Positions 1 to 10,961 of a DNA stretch of 64,000 nt are shown in pieces (position 1 is the first letter of the stretch; the number at the start of each line of letters is the position of its first letter). The stretch lies in assembly GCA_041649025.1 (NCBI GenBank), contig JBAZNY010000002.1, positions 70,694-134,693 of the forward strand, in the 5' to 3' direction. The notes below the pieces were generated by a model. It made no database searches, was not told where the DNA came from, and worked only from the letters and a program-made list of their open reading frames with translations. A program made the translations under genes and the position numbers. Origin of the DNA: Bdellovibrionales bacterium (GTDB taxonomy: Bacteria; Pseudomonadota; Alphaproteobacteria; UBA9219).

Positions 1-1
1 T

Positions 2-1168
2 CGGCGAGTCGGCGCCTATCTGGTCGTCAACATCGACAAGATGTCCTTCGTCAACGAGGCTATAGGTCCCGAAGCGGGCGATTCCGTCCTTAAGGGCGTC
101 GCGAACCGTTTGTCTCAAATCATCCCGACACGCGCCATTCTGGGCCGCGTCGGCGGCGACGTTTTCGGCATCCTTTTGCCGGAACCTTTAGGTAACGACC
201 TGCAGACGCTTGCGGAGCGCGTTATCGATGATTTTCGGAACTCTCCGCTTGTCGTCGCCAATGCGCCGCTGCACGTCGCCGTTTCCGTCGGCGGCGTACG
301 CGTGCCGACCGTTGCCAAAAACGCCAACGAGGCGATGATTTTCGCCGAACAGGCTTTGCACATGGCGCGCCAACGCGGACCAAATAATTTTATCGAATAT
401 ATCGACAGCCCCGAGCGCGTTCAGGAAAATCGCCAGCTTTTGGAGCTGGGCGAGCGCATCAAGCGCGCCTTCAAAAACAACGGTTTTCGCCTTGCCTACC
501 AGCCGATTGTCGAGGCTTCCTCCGGCAAGCCGATTTGCCATGAAGCCTTGGTTAGAATGCTTACTGATAACGATCAACCGGTTGCGGCAGCTTTATTCGT
601 GCCCATGATCGAACAGATGGGGCTTGCGAGCGAGCTTGACAGGTTGGTGCTCACGATGGCCGTTCGCGACATGGAGGCCATTCCGTCACTTAATCTGGCA
701 ATCAACGTTTCCGGCTTTACAGCGTCGCAATCCGATTGGCCGGATTATGTCAGGCAAGTTCTGGAGACGCGCCCCGACGTCGCAAAACGATCGATCATCG
801 AAATTACAGAAACGGCCGTTCTTGTCGATGTCGGAGAAACAAAACGCTTTGTCAATACGCTGAAAGAGCTTGGCGTGCGCGTTTCTCTCGACGATTTCGG
901 AGCAGGTTCGACCTCCATCCGTTATTTGAGGGAATTGGGGCTGTCGATCATGAAGATCGACAAAGACCTTTTGAAAGACATTCTTACCAACCGCGAGCAG
1001 CAACATCTTGTTTCCGTGTTGATCGATCTGGCTCACGGTCTTGGCATTCAAACGGTGGCCGAAGGCGTCGAGACGGTTGAGGTCGCCGATTGGCTGCGCA
1101 AAACCAAGGTCGATTATCTGCAAGGCTATTTCTTCGGAAAGCCTACGCTTGAGCGTCCGACGAGCTAA
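2..1168 (+). CDS. GGDEF(degenerate)-EAL domain protein, likely c-di-GMP phosphodiesterase; 5' end lies outside the window
   Basis: The frame is open from base 2 (AYLVVNIDKMSFVNEAIG resembles a GGDEF domain). The GGDEF site reads GGDVF. EAL-domain motifs HEALVRM, DDFGAGSTSIRYL, EGVET and QGYFFGKP are present. Confidence 0.85.
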   Translation, partial: RRVGAYLVVNIDKMSFVNEAIGPEAGDSVLKGVANRLSQIIPTRAILGRVGGDVFGILLPEPLGNDLQTLAERVIDDFRNSPLVVANAPLHVAVSVGGVRVPTVAKNANEAMIFAEQALHMARQRGPNNFIEYIDSPERVQENRQLLELGERIKRAFKNNGFRLAYQPIVEASSGKPICHEALVRMLTDNDQPVAAALFVPMIEQMGLASELDRLVLTMAVRDMEAIPSLNLAINVSGFTASQSDWPDYVRQVLETRPDVAKRSIIEITETAVLVDVGETKRFVNTLKELGVRVSLDDFGAGSTSIRYLRELGLSIMKIDKDLLKDILTNREQQHLVSVLIDLAHGLGIQTVAEGVETVEVADWLRKTKVDYLQGYFFGKPTLERPTS

Positions 1169-1563
1169 TCTTCTTCACTCTCCTCGTCTTTTTTCTTTTT
1201 CTTGAGGTCTTTCGCCACCTCGGGCGCGAGAAGGATTTTCTCTATCCGATGCGCCTCATCGAAGCTTTCGTCGGCGACGAATTTAAGCTTCGGCACATGG
1301 CGCAACAAGACCGCTTTCCCCACCGCATAGCGAAAAAAGCCGACGCCCTCATTCATCGCAGAGACGACCTCTTTCATCATTTTTCCGCCCAGCGGCATGA
1401 CATACACCGTCGCGTTCTTCAGATCGGGGCTGATTTTAACTTCCGTGACCGTCACCGTGGGCGACTTTAACCTCCGCGGCCACGGAATGTCGCCCCGCAT
1501 CAGAACAAGCGCCAACGCGTGGCGGATTTCTTCGCCGACGCGAAGCTGTCTTTGTGTACGCAT
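1165..1563 (-). CDS. rbfA: ribosome-binding factor A
   Basis: 132 aa. The N-terminus RQLRVGEEIRHALALVL and the segment VTVTEVKISPDLKNATVYV are typical of RbfA. The tail is acidic and lysine-rich. Confidence 0.85.
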   Translation of the reverse strand: MRTQRQLRVGEEIRHALALVLMRGDIPWPRRLKSPTVTVTEVKISPDLKNATVYVMPLGGKMMKEVVSAMNEGVGFFRYAVGKAVLLRHVPKLKFVADESFDEAHRIEKILLAPEVAKDLKKKKKDEESEED

Positions 1564-1797
1564 ATGACCTATCCAAACTTCAAAAAACCGACGGTGGAAT
1601 ATAACCCCGTTTTGCCCATAAATACTACATTTCCGAAAGGGAATAATCTCAATTTAAGGGTTTTTTTCTCGCCATAGCCCCATCCGCCTATGCTAAAGCT
1701 TCGGCGGACTTGTTTTACCCCCCCCCGTCCGCAGCTCTAGCTAAGACAGGGTTGCGGCAAACAAAAACAGCCGCTATACCCCTCTTTCCTGAATTAT

Positions 1798-1872
1798 TGG
1801 GGCGTAGCCAAGCGGTAAGGCAGTGGATTTTGATTCCACCATTCGGAGGTTCGATCCCTCCCGCCCCAACCA
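1798..1872 (+). tRNA. tRNA-Gln (anticodon UUG)
   Basis: A cloverleaf can be read by eye: acceptor tggggcg/cgcccca, anticodon stem gtgga/tccac with loop ttTTGat, T-arm ggagg-ttcgatc-cctcc, and an encoded CCA. Confidence 0.9.
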
Positions 1873-2054
1873 CATATTTTTCTTAGTGAGCGCAGCGAGC
1901 TTAGAAAAATAGTGCCCCGGCGGAAGCCGGGGCCCAGATTGAAAACTTTAATTCTTTTCAACAATCCTTGACTCATATGCGCCGCTGACGCGGCGTTCTG
2001 GACTCCGGCTTTCGCCGGAGTGACGGGCTTATTAATGCCTCAAGAACTTCCGAA

Positions 2055-2621
2055 TTACGCGTGCTGCAATTTTTCTGCCTTTGGCTCGGAAGAGACGACA
2101 TTTTTTCTCAGATTCTCCACCATGATGACGGCATGGCTCACACTTCCGGGAAACGGCACAACCACGTTCGCCCCGGCGTCCATCAGCTCTGAGGGAATGG
2201 CGTCGTCCGACATGACGCCGATGACAAGGAACCCCAGATGGTGCGCCACACGGATGCACCTTGTGCTGCTTAATATCATGATCGTATTCGATGGATTAAT
2301 ATTGTGCGCGTTTTTAATCATTTGATTATCGCGAAATCGCCGAAAGATATCGGCCCACGCAATAAATTCGCCTTGAAAAGCGGTTCCATGAACATCTTCG
2401 AAGCAATCCAGAATGCCTCCGTCCTCGGCCAATTTCCTTGCCGTTTCCGTATCTCTATCCGTTACGATAAACAAGTTCTTTTTGCTTTGTTTCATTTCCT
2501 GAAGCACACCGGGAATGTCTTCGCACACCACGGCGGCGCATGGGGCGTTTTTCAAGGAACATCCCTTTTCCTTCCAAAGAACATTGTCCGCTTCGATGAC
2601 GACGTGTAAAATTTTACTCAT
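2055..2621 (-). CDS. HAD-superfamily-like protein with degenerate motif I
   Basis: 188 aa. The C-terminal half (IMILSSTRCIRVAHHLGFLVIGV...AGANVVVP) resembles HAD phosphatases. The nucleophile motif reads EADN rather than DxDxT. Confidence 0.4.
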   Translation of the reverse strand: MSKILHVVIEADNVLWKEKGCSLKNAPCAAVVCEDIPGVLQEMKQSKKNLFIVTDRDTETARKLAEDGGILDCFEDVHGTAFQGEFIAWADIFRRFRDNQMIKNAHNINPSNTIMILSSTRCIRVAHHLGFLVIGVMSDDAIPSELMDAGANVVVPFPGSVSHAVIMVENLRKNVVSSEPKAEKLQHA

Positions 2622-3288
2622 GTCGCGGCTCCGTCGCGAAGCGTTGTGTCATAAAGAGCAATACGATTTGTCACAGAACAAACTCCCCCTTGAAGAGGTT
2701 AAATAAAAAGACCGATGCTATGGGTGAGACGTTCTGTGTTTCCTGCTTTACGCAGGAATAATAATGGCGGCAATAATGATTGCGGACACGAGCGAACCCC
2801 GCGCCTTAAAGGCGCTTTGCGTCAAAACAGACGTGGGCAGGAAGGTGTTGCTCATGGGGGCATTTTATGCCGTCGCTCGTTATAAAGGCAAGAAAATTGG
2901 TGTAACTGTTTTGTTGAACGAGCTTTTTTCCATTAACAATACAAACGTTTCTTATGCGTAATTTTTACAATTAACATTCTTCTGAGCATGATTTTTCTAC
3001 ATATCCCCAACTTTATCTCAAAATTAACCAGAGAGTGCTTGGCTTGGATTCTTGCTTCCTTTACAATCGATTCTCTAGCAAACAAAGGAACGTCGCATGC
3101 CCGTTATCACAGAAAAAAAGCGTCCTGAAGCGAAGACTCCCTTTAATTTCACTTATGATAGAAGCCAATACGTTGTCCTTTCCTCCAGCATTAGAAGAGA
3201 GGCAGAAACTGGACGCCTCGTTTCTCAACCCAGACAAGCCAAAAATCAAAGCCCAGCAAAGAGCACGGGCAATAAGCGGTAATATGCT

Positions 3289-4194
3289 ATGCCCAATATC
3301 GCGATTGTTTGGGACTTTGATGGAACATTAACCCCGGAAGATTCGACTATTAAAACTGTCGATGTTCTTGAAGGACGGGATGGTGGAGGGCGTGCTTTTT
3401 TTGATAACGTCAAAAAATTAAAAGGAGACAAAAAACAGCCTAAGTGGGAACATGTACTTGCGATGGATGCGCCTATTTGGATGTATTCATTATCAAAGCT
3501 TGCCAGAGAGAAAAACGTCCCTTTAAATGAACAGTTCTTTCAACATTTCGTTCTTCCCCAAATATCTCTTTTTCCAAATGTCGTTGAATTTTTGCATAAA
3601 ATTAAAGCGTTAGAAAAAACGAAGCCTTTCAAGAACGTAAATCTTAAAATTCATCATTTTATCATCACGGCAGGCCTTAAAGATTTAGTAGAACAGGTTT
3701 TTCCTCGTGGCCTTATTCGTATGACTTTTGGATGTCGTTACACGGTTGTTATTGACCCATTAAACCCCGATGCTCCGCCTGAAAGCGTTCCTGTTTTTTG
3801 CATGGATGAAACTGTCAAAACTCGCTCTCTATTTGAAATATCAAAAGGATCCTTTCGTAATAAAAAAATCAAGGTGAATACAAGAATTCGCAATGATAAG
3901 TATTGGGCTCCTTTTAGCGACATGATTTACATCGGAGATGGAGATACAGACGTTCCATCCTTATCTTTAGTCAGAAGCAAAGGGGGGATGGGTGTAGCAG
4001 TTTACAATTCGCAAAAATCCGCTACTGAAATTCAAAACCGTCTTCATAATATGAGTTTAGATAAACGAGCAGATTTCATCACTCCTGCTGATTTTTCATT
4101 TGATGGAGCTCTTCTAAAATTCATTGAATCTCGATGCATTCAAATCCGTCAACGTTGTGAAGCAGCAAAATTTAATTTAGAACAAACTGCTTAG
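3289..4194 (+). CDS. HAD-superfamily hydrolase
   Basis: Motif I is IVWDFDGTLT at the N-terminus and motif IV is YIGDGDTDVPS. The gene and its flanks look AT-rich by eye. Confidence 0.6.
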   Translation: MPNIAIVWDFDGTLTPEDSTIKTVDVLEGRDGGGRAFFDNVKKLKGDKKQPKWEHVLAMDAPIWMYSLSKLAREKNVPLNEQFFQHFVLPQISLFPNVVEFLHKIKALEKTKPFKNVNLKIHHFIITAGLKDLVEQVFPRGLIRMTFGCRYTVVIDPLNPDAPPESVPVFCMDETVKTRSLFEISKGSFRNKKIKVNTRIRNDKYWAPFSDMIYIGDGDTDVPSLSLVRSKGGMGVAVYNSQKSATEIQNRLHNMSLDKRADFITPADFSFDGALLKFIESRCIQIRQRCEAAKFNLEQTA

Positions 4195-4200
4195 ACGCCC

Positions 4201-4926
4201 ATGATCGAAAGCGCGCAAAACGACACGTTCAAGAAGCTGCTCAGCCTTACGTCCTCCAAAGGACTTAAAGAGGAAGGGTTGTTTCTGTTGTCCGGCGAAA
4301 AGCTGATACGCGAATTTCTGAAAAAGCCCCATTTAAAAATCGTTTCGGAAATTCCGGCTCCCCATCAAAGCCCCTTGGTCAAAGATGCGGTACAGGTGGA
4401 GCTTGCCGCTCCCCTCTTCAACCAAATCGACGTGCTGGGCACGCATTTCAATATTCTGGTTCTGGAACAGCCCCCCGTTCCCGCCTTAACCGCCGCGGAT
4501 ATGGCTTCTTACAAACCTAAGGGCATTGAGGTTGTCGCGCCTATCGGAGATCCCGGAAATCTCGGCGCGCTCATCCGCAGTTGCGAGGCTTTTTCCGTTC
4601 CGCGCGTTATTTTGTCGCGCGAGGCGGCGCATCCTTTTCTTCCGAAATCCGTCAAGGCCTCGGCGGGCAGCGTCTTGCGCGTGCCTTTAGCGCGCGGGCC
4701 TGCACTGAATGAATTTCCTTCCACGTGCATCGCGCTTGACATGCACGGCGCTTCCATCAACGATTTTGCATGGCCTAAGAGCGGGTTGCTGCTTTTGGGC
4801 GAAGAAGGCCCCGGCTTGGATGCGACAAAATTTCAGACCCGCGTTCGCATCCCCACATCAGGCGTTGAAAGCCTGAATGTCGTCGTCGCCGCAAGCATCG
4901 CTTTGTCGCGGATTCCCCTGCGCTAA
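4201..4926 (+). CDS. TrmH/SpoU-family RNA 2'-O-methyltransferase
   Basis: SPOUT motifs GDPGNLGALIRSCEAF, LLLGEEGPGL and IPTSGVESLNVVVAASIAL are present. Confidence 0.8.
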   Translation: MIESAQNDTFKKLLSLTSSKGLKEEGLFLLSGEKLIREFLKKPHLKIVSEIPAPHQSPLVKDAVQVELAAPLFNQIDVLGTHFNILVLEQPPVPALTAADMASYKPKGIEVVAPIGDPGNLGALIRSCEAFSVPRVILSREAAHPFLPKSVKASAGSVLRVPLARGPALNEFPSTCIALDMHGASINDFAWPKSGLLLLGEEGPGLDATKFQTRVRIPTSGVESLNVVVAASIALSRIPLR

Positions 4927-4932
4927 GCGTCT

Positions 4933-6252
4933 TTATTCTTTTTTTTCTTCTTCTTTTTTCAGAAGATCTTTAAGCACCTTTTTTTGTTCCGCATCAAGCT
5001 GCGTGCCGTCCAAATTGGCGCCCTTGAAATCGGTACCCGTCACGTCCGCCCCGCGCAAATCGGCATCGCACAGATCGGCGTCGCGCAGAATGACATCCCT
5101 AAGATTTGCCTTGGCCAAACTGGCGTGGCGCAGAGAAACGCCCGTCAGATTGGTTCTCATGACATGCCCTTCGGACAAAGTCAGTTTTTGCAAACGCGCG
5201 CCCTGAAGGTTGGCGTTTCTCAGTTGAGCCTTGCTGAAATTTGCGCCGCGCAAATCGGCCCCGCTAAAATTGACGCGACGTAAGTCGGCCTCGCGGAAAT
5301 CGGCCCCCTGCAACTGGGATTTGGAAAAATCGAGTTCATAGAGAACAGCCCCTTTTCCCTTCATCAAAATCAGACATTGACCGTTGAATCCGGTGCTTCC
5401 GCGCAAGTCGAAACCGCTGACATCAAATTGTTTGCCGATGCTGCCGTTGTTTTCAACCCACTGTCTGTGAGTTTGCAAAAGCTGATCAACCGGCACAGCC
5501 AAATCCTTAATCGTGCGCCCGACGGGCGCGGCCATCATCGCACCCTCCAGATTCTCTTTGGGAACCTGACTCAGATTAATCGCGGTTCCCGACAGAACGG
5601 CCCCGCGCAAAATCACATTTTCCAGATCGCATTCGCTAAAATCGGCGTTTTCCAAGTTTGTGCCGCTAAAGTCGGCATCCCTGAGGCTCGCTTTTTTGAC
5701 CTTGGCGCCCTTCATCGTCGCATCGCTGAAATTGCTCCCTACCGCGACTGCGCCTGACATTTTGGCGTTGTCGAGTTTGGCTCCGCTGAGATTAGCGCCT
5801 CCCTTATCTGAAACTGTCAGTTCGTCGTGCGCTTCCTTGAGTTCGCCTTTGCTGTCCGCGCTTGAAAGAGAGCCTTCCCGCAAATCGATCCCGACCATAT
5901 TGGCGCCGACCAAATTGGCGCCGCGTAGCGAGGCTCCGCGCAAATCGGCGCTTTTCAAGCTGGCGCCATAAAGATTGGCTTTTCGCAAATCGGCGCAATA
6001 AAAAGTTGCGCGATCTAATTTTGCTTCCGAAAAATCAGCCTCACTCAGATAGGCTCCGGTAAAATCGGCATCGGATAGATTCCGACCAGAAAAAACACGT
6101 CCTTCAAGGTTGTAATTGGCCAAGCAGGCGCGCAATCCCCCCTTACGCCCGGAGATGTAGTCTTCATGCAATTTAATAACGGCATCCAATTCCGTTTGAT
6201 TCAGGATGCGTTCTTTTTCATCGCTCTTTTCTTTATCTTCTTCAGTTTTCAT
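4933..6252 (-). CDS. pentapeptide-repeat protein
   Basis: Long runs of A(D/N)LxG-type pentapeptides (ADLRGANFSKAQLRNANLQGARL and similar). Both termini are K/E-rich. Confidence 0.85.
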   Translation of the reverse strand: MKTEEDKEKSDEKERILNQTELDAVIKLHEDYISGRKGGLRACLANYNLEGRVFSGRNLSDADFTGAYLSEADFSEAKLDRATFYCADLRKANLYGASLKSADLRGASLRGANLVGANMVGIDLREGSLSSADSKGELKEAHDELTVSDKGGANLSGAKLDNAKMSGAVAVGSNFSDATMKGAKVKKASLRDADFSGTNLENADFSECDLENVILRGAVLSGTAINLSQVPKENLEGAMMAAPVGRTIKDLAVPVDQLLQTHRQWVENNGSIGKQFDVSGFDLRGSTGFNGQCLILMKGKGAVLYELDFSKSQLQGADFREADLRRVNFSGADLRGANFSKAQLRNANLQGARLQKLTLSEGHVMRTNLTGVSLRHASLAKANLRDVILRDADLCDADLRGADVTGTDFKGANLDGTQLDAEQKKVLKDLLKKEEEKKE

Positions 6253-6608
6253 CGGCTTTTCAACCTATGGGGCGCAAAAACCATCATTGATCATGACTGG
6301 GTCGTCACAACGGAAGGGTTCTGTTTTTTGCATATGGAGAGCTATTATACCAAAGAAAACCTTAAAAAAGAGATTATGTTCTACCGATAATTGAGCAAAT
6401 AATTAGCAAAAATGCGTGTTTTTTGTCTTTTTTCTGCGCAAGCGCACTCCACCGTATTTGAGCCGCAAGGACGAAAAATTCGTGATTTGCAGCCCAAAAA
6501 CGCTCCTTTGGTGATACGCCAGATGAAAAAACCCTCTATTTGAATTTTCGTAATATATGCTATTCCTCATCGCTGTTTGTTACAGGCAGAATCTTCAGAG
6601 ACATACTT

Positions 6609-9278
6609 ATGACCAAAACGCTTTCCGACATCCGTTCGACCTTTCTTGATTACTTTGTGTCCCAAGGACATACGCGCATTGACTCCAGCCCTTTGGTTCC
6701 GCGCAACGATCCTACTTTGATGTTCACGAACGCGGGCATGGTTCAATTCAAAAACGTCTTCACAGGCGCGGAAAAACGCCCTTATACGAGAGCGACAACA
6801 GCCCAAAAATCGGTACGCGCGGGCGGTAAACATAATGATTTGGAAAATGTCGGCTATACGGCGCGGCATCATACTTTCTTTGAAATGCTTGGTAATTTCT
6901 CGTTTGGCGATTATTTCAAGCCTGAAGCGATTGACTTCGCATGGACTCTCGTCACAAAGCATTTTGGACTGAATAAAGACCGCCTGCTTGTCACGGTTTA
7001 TCATGAGGACGAACAAGCCGCCCAGTTATGGAAGAAAATTGCGGGATTTCCCGATTCCAAGATCATCCGTATCAAAACCGACGCCAACTTTTGGCGCATG
7101 GGCGATGTTGGCCCGTGCGGGCCATGTTCCGAGATATTTATCGATCAAGGCGACAAGCTTCAGGGAGGCCCGCCGGGAAGCAAAGACGAAGACGGCGACC
7201 GTTTCCTTGAATTCTGGAACCTTGTTTTTATGCAATCCGAGGAACTTCCGGGCGGCAAACGCATCAATCTGCCCAAGCCTTCCGTCGATACAGGCATGGG
7301 ATTGGAGCGCATCGCCGCCATTCTGCAAGGCGTCACGTCCAACTATGACATCGATTTGTTCCGCGCGATCATCGGCGGACTCGCAGATATGGTCGATATC
7401 GATCCCGAAGGCGCGCAGAAACCATCCTTCCGCGTCATTGCCGACCACTTGCGCGCGGTTTCCTTCCTTATCGCCGACGGCGTTTTGCCGAGCAACGAAG
7501 GACGCGGCTATGTCCTTCGCCGCATCATGCGCCGCGCCATGCGCCACGCCCATATGCTGGGCGCCAAAGATCCGCTGATTTACCGCCTCGTTCCCGAATT
7601 GGTCAAACAGATGGGAACGGCATATCCCGAACTGGTTTGCGCCCAAGACCTCGTTATGGAAACTTTGAAGCTCGAAGAAACCCGCTTTAAATCGATGCTT
7701 GACCGCGGGCTGAAGTTGCTCGATGACGAAACGAAAAAGATCAACAAAAACGGCCTGTTGCCGGGCGACGTTGCCTTCAAGCTTTATGATACTTTCGGCT
7801 TTCCCCTCGACCTGACGCAGGACGTTCTGCGCGGCCAAGGCCAGAAGGTGGATACGGCGGGGTTTGATGCCGCCATGGCCAAACAACGGGCAACCGCGCG
7901 CGCCGCGTGGGCGGGATCGGGCGACACAAAGACGGAAAAAATCTGGTTCGACTTGCGCGAGGAATTGGGCGCGACGGAGTTTCTGGGTTACAGCACCGAA
8001 GAAGCCGAAGGGAAGATACTCGCGCTCATTCAAAACGGCGCGCGCGTCAACGAGGCCAAGTCCGGATCGAACGTGGATGTCGTCGTCAACCAAACGCCGT
8101 TCTATGGCGAATCCGGCGGCCAGATGGGCGATACGGGAATTATCAAAACGGCGGGCGGCGCCGTCATTGCCGTTACGGATACGCAGAAAGAGGCCGACGG
8201 CGTCATCGTCCATCGCGGAAAAGTTCAAAGCGGCGTTGTCAAAACAGGCGACGACGCAACATTGGCGGTTGACGGCGACTATCGCGCGGCCTTGCGCGCC
8301 CATCATTCGGCCACGCATTTGCTGCACGAAGCCTTACGCCGCAAACTCGGCGAGCACGTCGCACAGAAGGGTTCGCTCGTCGCGCATAACCGCTTGCGCC
8401 TCGACTTTGCCCAAAACACTGCCATTCCTCCCGAAGTCTTGGCCAAGATCGAGGCCGAGGTGAATAAGCGCATTCGCATGAACACCGAAGTCGAAACGCG
8501 CCTTATGTCGCCTGAGGAAGCCATCGGCCACGGTGCACGCGCTCTCTTCGGCGAGAAATACGGAGATGAAGTCAGAGTTTTATTTATGGGCGGCCATGAA
8601 TTTGAAGACGCGCACGAGAAAAAGCATTTCTCGGTCGAGCTGTGCGGCGGCACGCATGCCAAGCGGACGGGCGATATCGGTTTGTTTAAGATTATCTCGG
8701 AAAGCGCAGTGTCGGCAGGCGTTCGGCGCATCGAAGCCGTCGTGGGCGCTGCAGCGCTGGCGTGGCTTGATGCGCAAAGCGGGTTGCTTAAAGCGGCCGC
8801 AGAGGCTCTTAAGGCATCGCCTTCGGACGTTCCGGCGCGCGTCGCGCAACTCGTCGACGACCGCAAAAAAATGGAGCGCGAAATTGCGGACTTACGCAAG
8901 CAAGCCGCGCTTGGCGGAGCCGCCGCAGGCGCGTGCGATGCGCCACGTTTTATCAACGGCATCAACTTCATCAGCCGCGTTTTAACGGACGTTCCCGCCA
9001 AAGACCTGAAGCCGATGGCTGACGAATTCAAGGTAAAGATAAAATCGGGCGTCGTCGCTTTGGCCTCAAGTTTTGAAGGCAAAGTGTCGCTGGTTGTCGC
9101 CGTCACGCCGGATTTGATTAAGCGTATCAGCGCCGTCGATCTCGTGAAAGCGGGAGCCGAACAACTCGGCGGCAAAGGGGGCGGAGGCCGCCCCGACATG
9201 GCTCAAGCCGGAGGCGCGGACGCCGCAGCTATGCCTAAGGCAATTGAGGCGATTGAGAAGGCGCTCGAGAAAAAATAA
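6609..9278 (+). CDS. alaS: alanine--tRNA ligase
   Basis: [67 protein letters not shown], the editing-domain motif HSATHLLH and a C-terminal GGGG segment. I prefer the ATG at 6609 to the upstream ORF start at 6540. Confidence 0.97.
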   Translation: MTKTLSDIRSTFLDYFVSQGHTRIDSSPLVPRNDPTLMFTNAGMVQFKNVFTGAEKRPYTRATTAQKSVRAGGKHNDLENVGYTARHHTFFEMLGNFSFGDYFKPEAIDFAWTLVTKHFGLNKDRLLVTVYHEDEQAAQLWKKIAGFPDSKIIRIKTDANFWRMGDVGPCGPCSEIFIDQGDKLQGGPPGSKDEDGDRFLEFWNLVFMQSEELPGGKRINLPKPSVDTGMGLERIAAILQGVTSNYDIDLFRAIIGGLADMVDIDPEGAQKPSFRVIADHLRAVSFLIADGVLPSNEGRGYVLRRIMRRAMRHAHMLGAKDPLIYRLVPELVKQMGTAYPELVCAQDLVMETLKLEETRFKSMLDRGLKLLDDETKKINKNGLLPGDVAFKLYDTFGFPLDLTQDVLRGQGQKVDTAGFDAAMAKQRATARAAWAGSGDTKTEKIWFDLREELGATEFLGYSTEEAEGKILALIQNGARVNEAKSGSNVDVVVNQTPFYGESGGQMGDTGIIKTAGGAVIAVTDTQKEADGVIVHRGKVQSGVVKTGDDATLAVDGDYRAALRAHHSATHLLHEALRRKLGEHVAQKGSLVAHNRLRLDFAQNTAIPPEVLAKIEAEVNKRIRMNTEVETRLMSPEEAIGHGARALFGEKYGDEVRVLFMGGHEFEDAHEKKHFSVELCGGTHAKRTGDIGLFKIISESAVSAGVRRIEAVVGAAALAWLDAQSGLLKAAAEALKASPSDVPARVAQLVDDRKKMEREIADLRKQAALGGAAAGACDAPRFINGINFISRVLTDVPAKDLKPMADEFKVKIKSGVVALASSFEGKVSLVVAVTPDLIKRISAVDLVKAGAEQLGGKGGGGRPDMAQAGGADAAAMPKAIEAIEKALEKK

Positions 9279-9289
9279 GCCGCACACGT

Positions 9290-9514
9290 TTATTGATGAA
9301 GAAGCGCTTTTAACATTTCGGCATGTATGCCCCTGGGATAGAGCAAGGCATCCCTTACGCCTGCGCCCTTTCCTTGAGGGTTCGGTTTTAAGAGTTCTTC
9401 CTCAACATGTTCGGTTTGGTTTCCAAAATCAATCCAACCGGAAAACTTCGAATTTCTCGGGATTTCATGGGCGGCGCTTTTCCTCGCGCTTGCGTCGAAA
9501 TTTTTGTTCATCAT
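9290..9514 (-). CDS. hypothetical small protein
   Basis: ORF only, 74 aa. It is co-directional with the genes at 9568-10528 and has no recognisable motif. Confidence 0.25.
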   Translation of the reverse strand: MMNKNFDASARKSAAHEIPRNSKFSGWIDFGNQTEHVEEELLKPNPQGKGAGVRDALLYPRGIHAEMLKALLHQ

Positions 9515-9567
9515 ATTTCCCCTAAAAAATTTTTGCCCAGCGCCATCCCGTTTGAACGCTTAAAAAA

Positions 9568-9756
9568 TTATTTGTCAAAACACGTTCCCGCCAGCTGTGT
9601 TTTTTCGCGAGAATTTTCTTTCGGATGCGACGGCGCCTGTTTTACGTTTTTTTCGGCCTCAATCTGGGCTATCGTTTGTTCGACAATCCGCTTTATGTCG
9701 GTTCTTAGAATACCAAGACGGGAACGCTCCGGCGCATCTTTTATTGTCAACATCAT
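9568..9756 (-). CDS. hypothetical small protein
   Basis: ORF only, 62 aa. It starts 8 bp after the stop of the upstream NTF2-like gene. Confidence 0.25.
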   Translation of the reverse strand: MMLTIKDAPERSRLGILRTDIKRIVEQTIAQIEAEKNVKQAPSHPKENSREKTQLAGTCFDK

Positions 9757-9763
9757 ATCCCCC

Positions 9764-10528
9764 TTAAAACTTGACGCTCTTGCTCTCGTAATGGCGGCCT
9801 AAAAAGGCGGGAAGCTTGCCGCCCGACTGCGAGCCGGGGAAATTCGCCATCTGGTACGAAGCATCCGTGCGGGTGCGCGTACTCCACAAAGCGTCGGGGT
9901 TCTGATGATAGAATATATCCGACGCGCTTTCCGTGCGCGCGAAGTCGAGAATTTCCTTGCGGTGCATGATCTTCCACACGCCTGCAGAACCCGAAGGACG
10001 GCGCTCGAAACGATCGAGATCGCGCCCGCCGAGGAACACGTCTTCGCGGCCTATCGGCTTTTCGATGCGGATATGAAGATGGAAGTAGGATTCAACCAAC
10101 GCTGAATCGCCGTCAAGCTCGACGCGAACATTGCCGATCAGGTGATGCGAGGAACGAACGCCCTGATAAACACCCAGGATCCAATGCACAAAATCGCCGC
10201 CCATTCCCTGAAAAACGCCGGGCCCGAGATCAAGCGTCGCATCGTGATACAGAACCGAGCGCAAAAGATTTTCATCAAGGCGGTCTATGCCTCGCGCAAA
10301 CTTGGCAAGAACTTCGGCAATCTCGCTTTTGTCGATGGCGGCCTGTAGCCGGGGAGGCAAATGTTCGCCCCTGCCCGACAATTGCGCCGCCATGCTGGGA
10401 CGCGGAAACTTCAGAAGAGAAAGAGCAGACTTGCTTCTGGTGTGAATCGCTGGTTTTTTCAATTTAGCTGGCTTTTTCTGCGCTGCCTGTTTTTTTACAG
10501 CAGCGCCTTTGTGTTGAGCAGTCATCAA
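9764..10528 (-). CDS. NTF2/SnoaL-like fold protein with a basic N-terminal extension
   Basis: The core LLRSVLYHDATLDLGPG...SSHHLIGNVRVELDGDSALVESYFHLHI is typical of SnoaL_4/NTF2-like domains. The N-terminal roughly 60 aa is K/A-rich. Confidence 0.55.
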   Translation of the reverse strand: MMTAQHKGAAVKKQAAQKKPAKLKKPAIHTRSKSALSLLKFPRPSMAAQLSGRGEHLPPRLQAAIDKSEIAEVLAKFARGIDRLDENLLRSVLYHDATLDLGPGVFQGMGGDFVHWILGVYQGVRSSHHLIGNVRVELDGDSALVESYFHLHIRIEKPIGREDVFLGGRDLDRFERRPSGSAGVWKIMHRKEILDFARTESASDIFYHQNPDALWSTRTRTDASYQMANFPGSQSGGKLPAFLGRHYESKSVKF

Positions 10529-10961
10529 GCCTCTCTCCTGCTTTCGATTTTTCTTAAGGACAACATTACGCCTCTAGCGAGGTGCCTTGAGGCAATATTC
10601 GTCCGGCCACCGGAACGATTAGCACGTCTGTTGTCTTTTTGCACGAAAATACAGAGGGTTAGCAAAAATTCCTTTAAAGAACACAAAATTGCACCATTTT
10701 TTCAACGAATTATATGGTAAAATTGACGTTTACAAGTAAAAAATAGCAGATTTTTGACGTTTTATCAGGAGAAAGAGTCAATTTTTTACAAACACGGCTT
10801 TTGAACGTGTGTTTTTATGACCTTAATGACTATAAATGCCCTTCAAACAGATAAAATTTCCTTTGAACATCATGAAACGATCATTGAACACCCTTTTTTG
10901 GCCTTTTCGCGTTTAGTCTTTGCGATATCGGAACAAAGAAGCAACAGACATTTACGAGCGT

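Noticed and set aside
6540-6608. The N-terminal extension of alaS from the upstream ATG, with analogous upstream extensions of rpsM, rne, uup, glyS, pip, the Nudix gene and the DUF45 gene.
   Set aside because: Alignment with conserved family N-termini, or ATGA coupling with the upstream gene, favours the internal starts. The extensions have no conserved features.
7026-8327. A 433 aa minus-strand ORF and several other ORFs overlapping alaS.
   Set aside because: These are antisense or off-frame to a full-length, motif-rich alaS. The translations have no recognisable domains.
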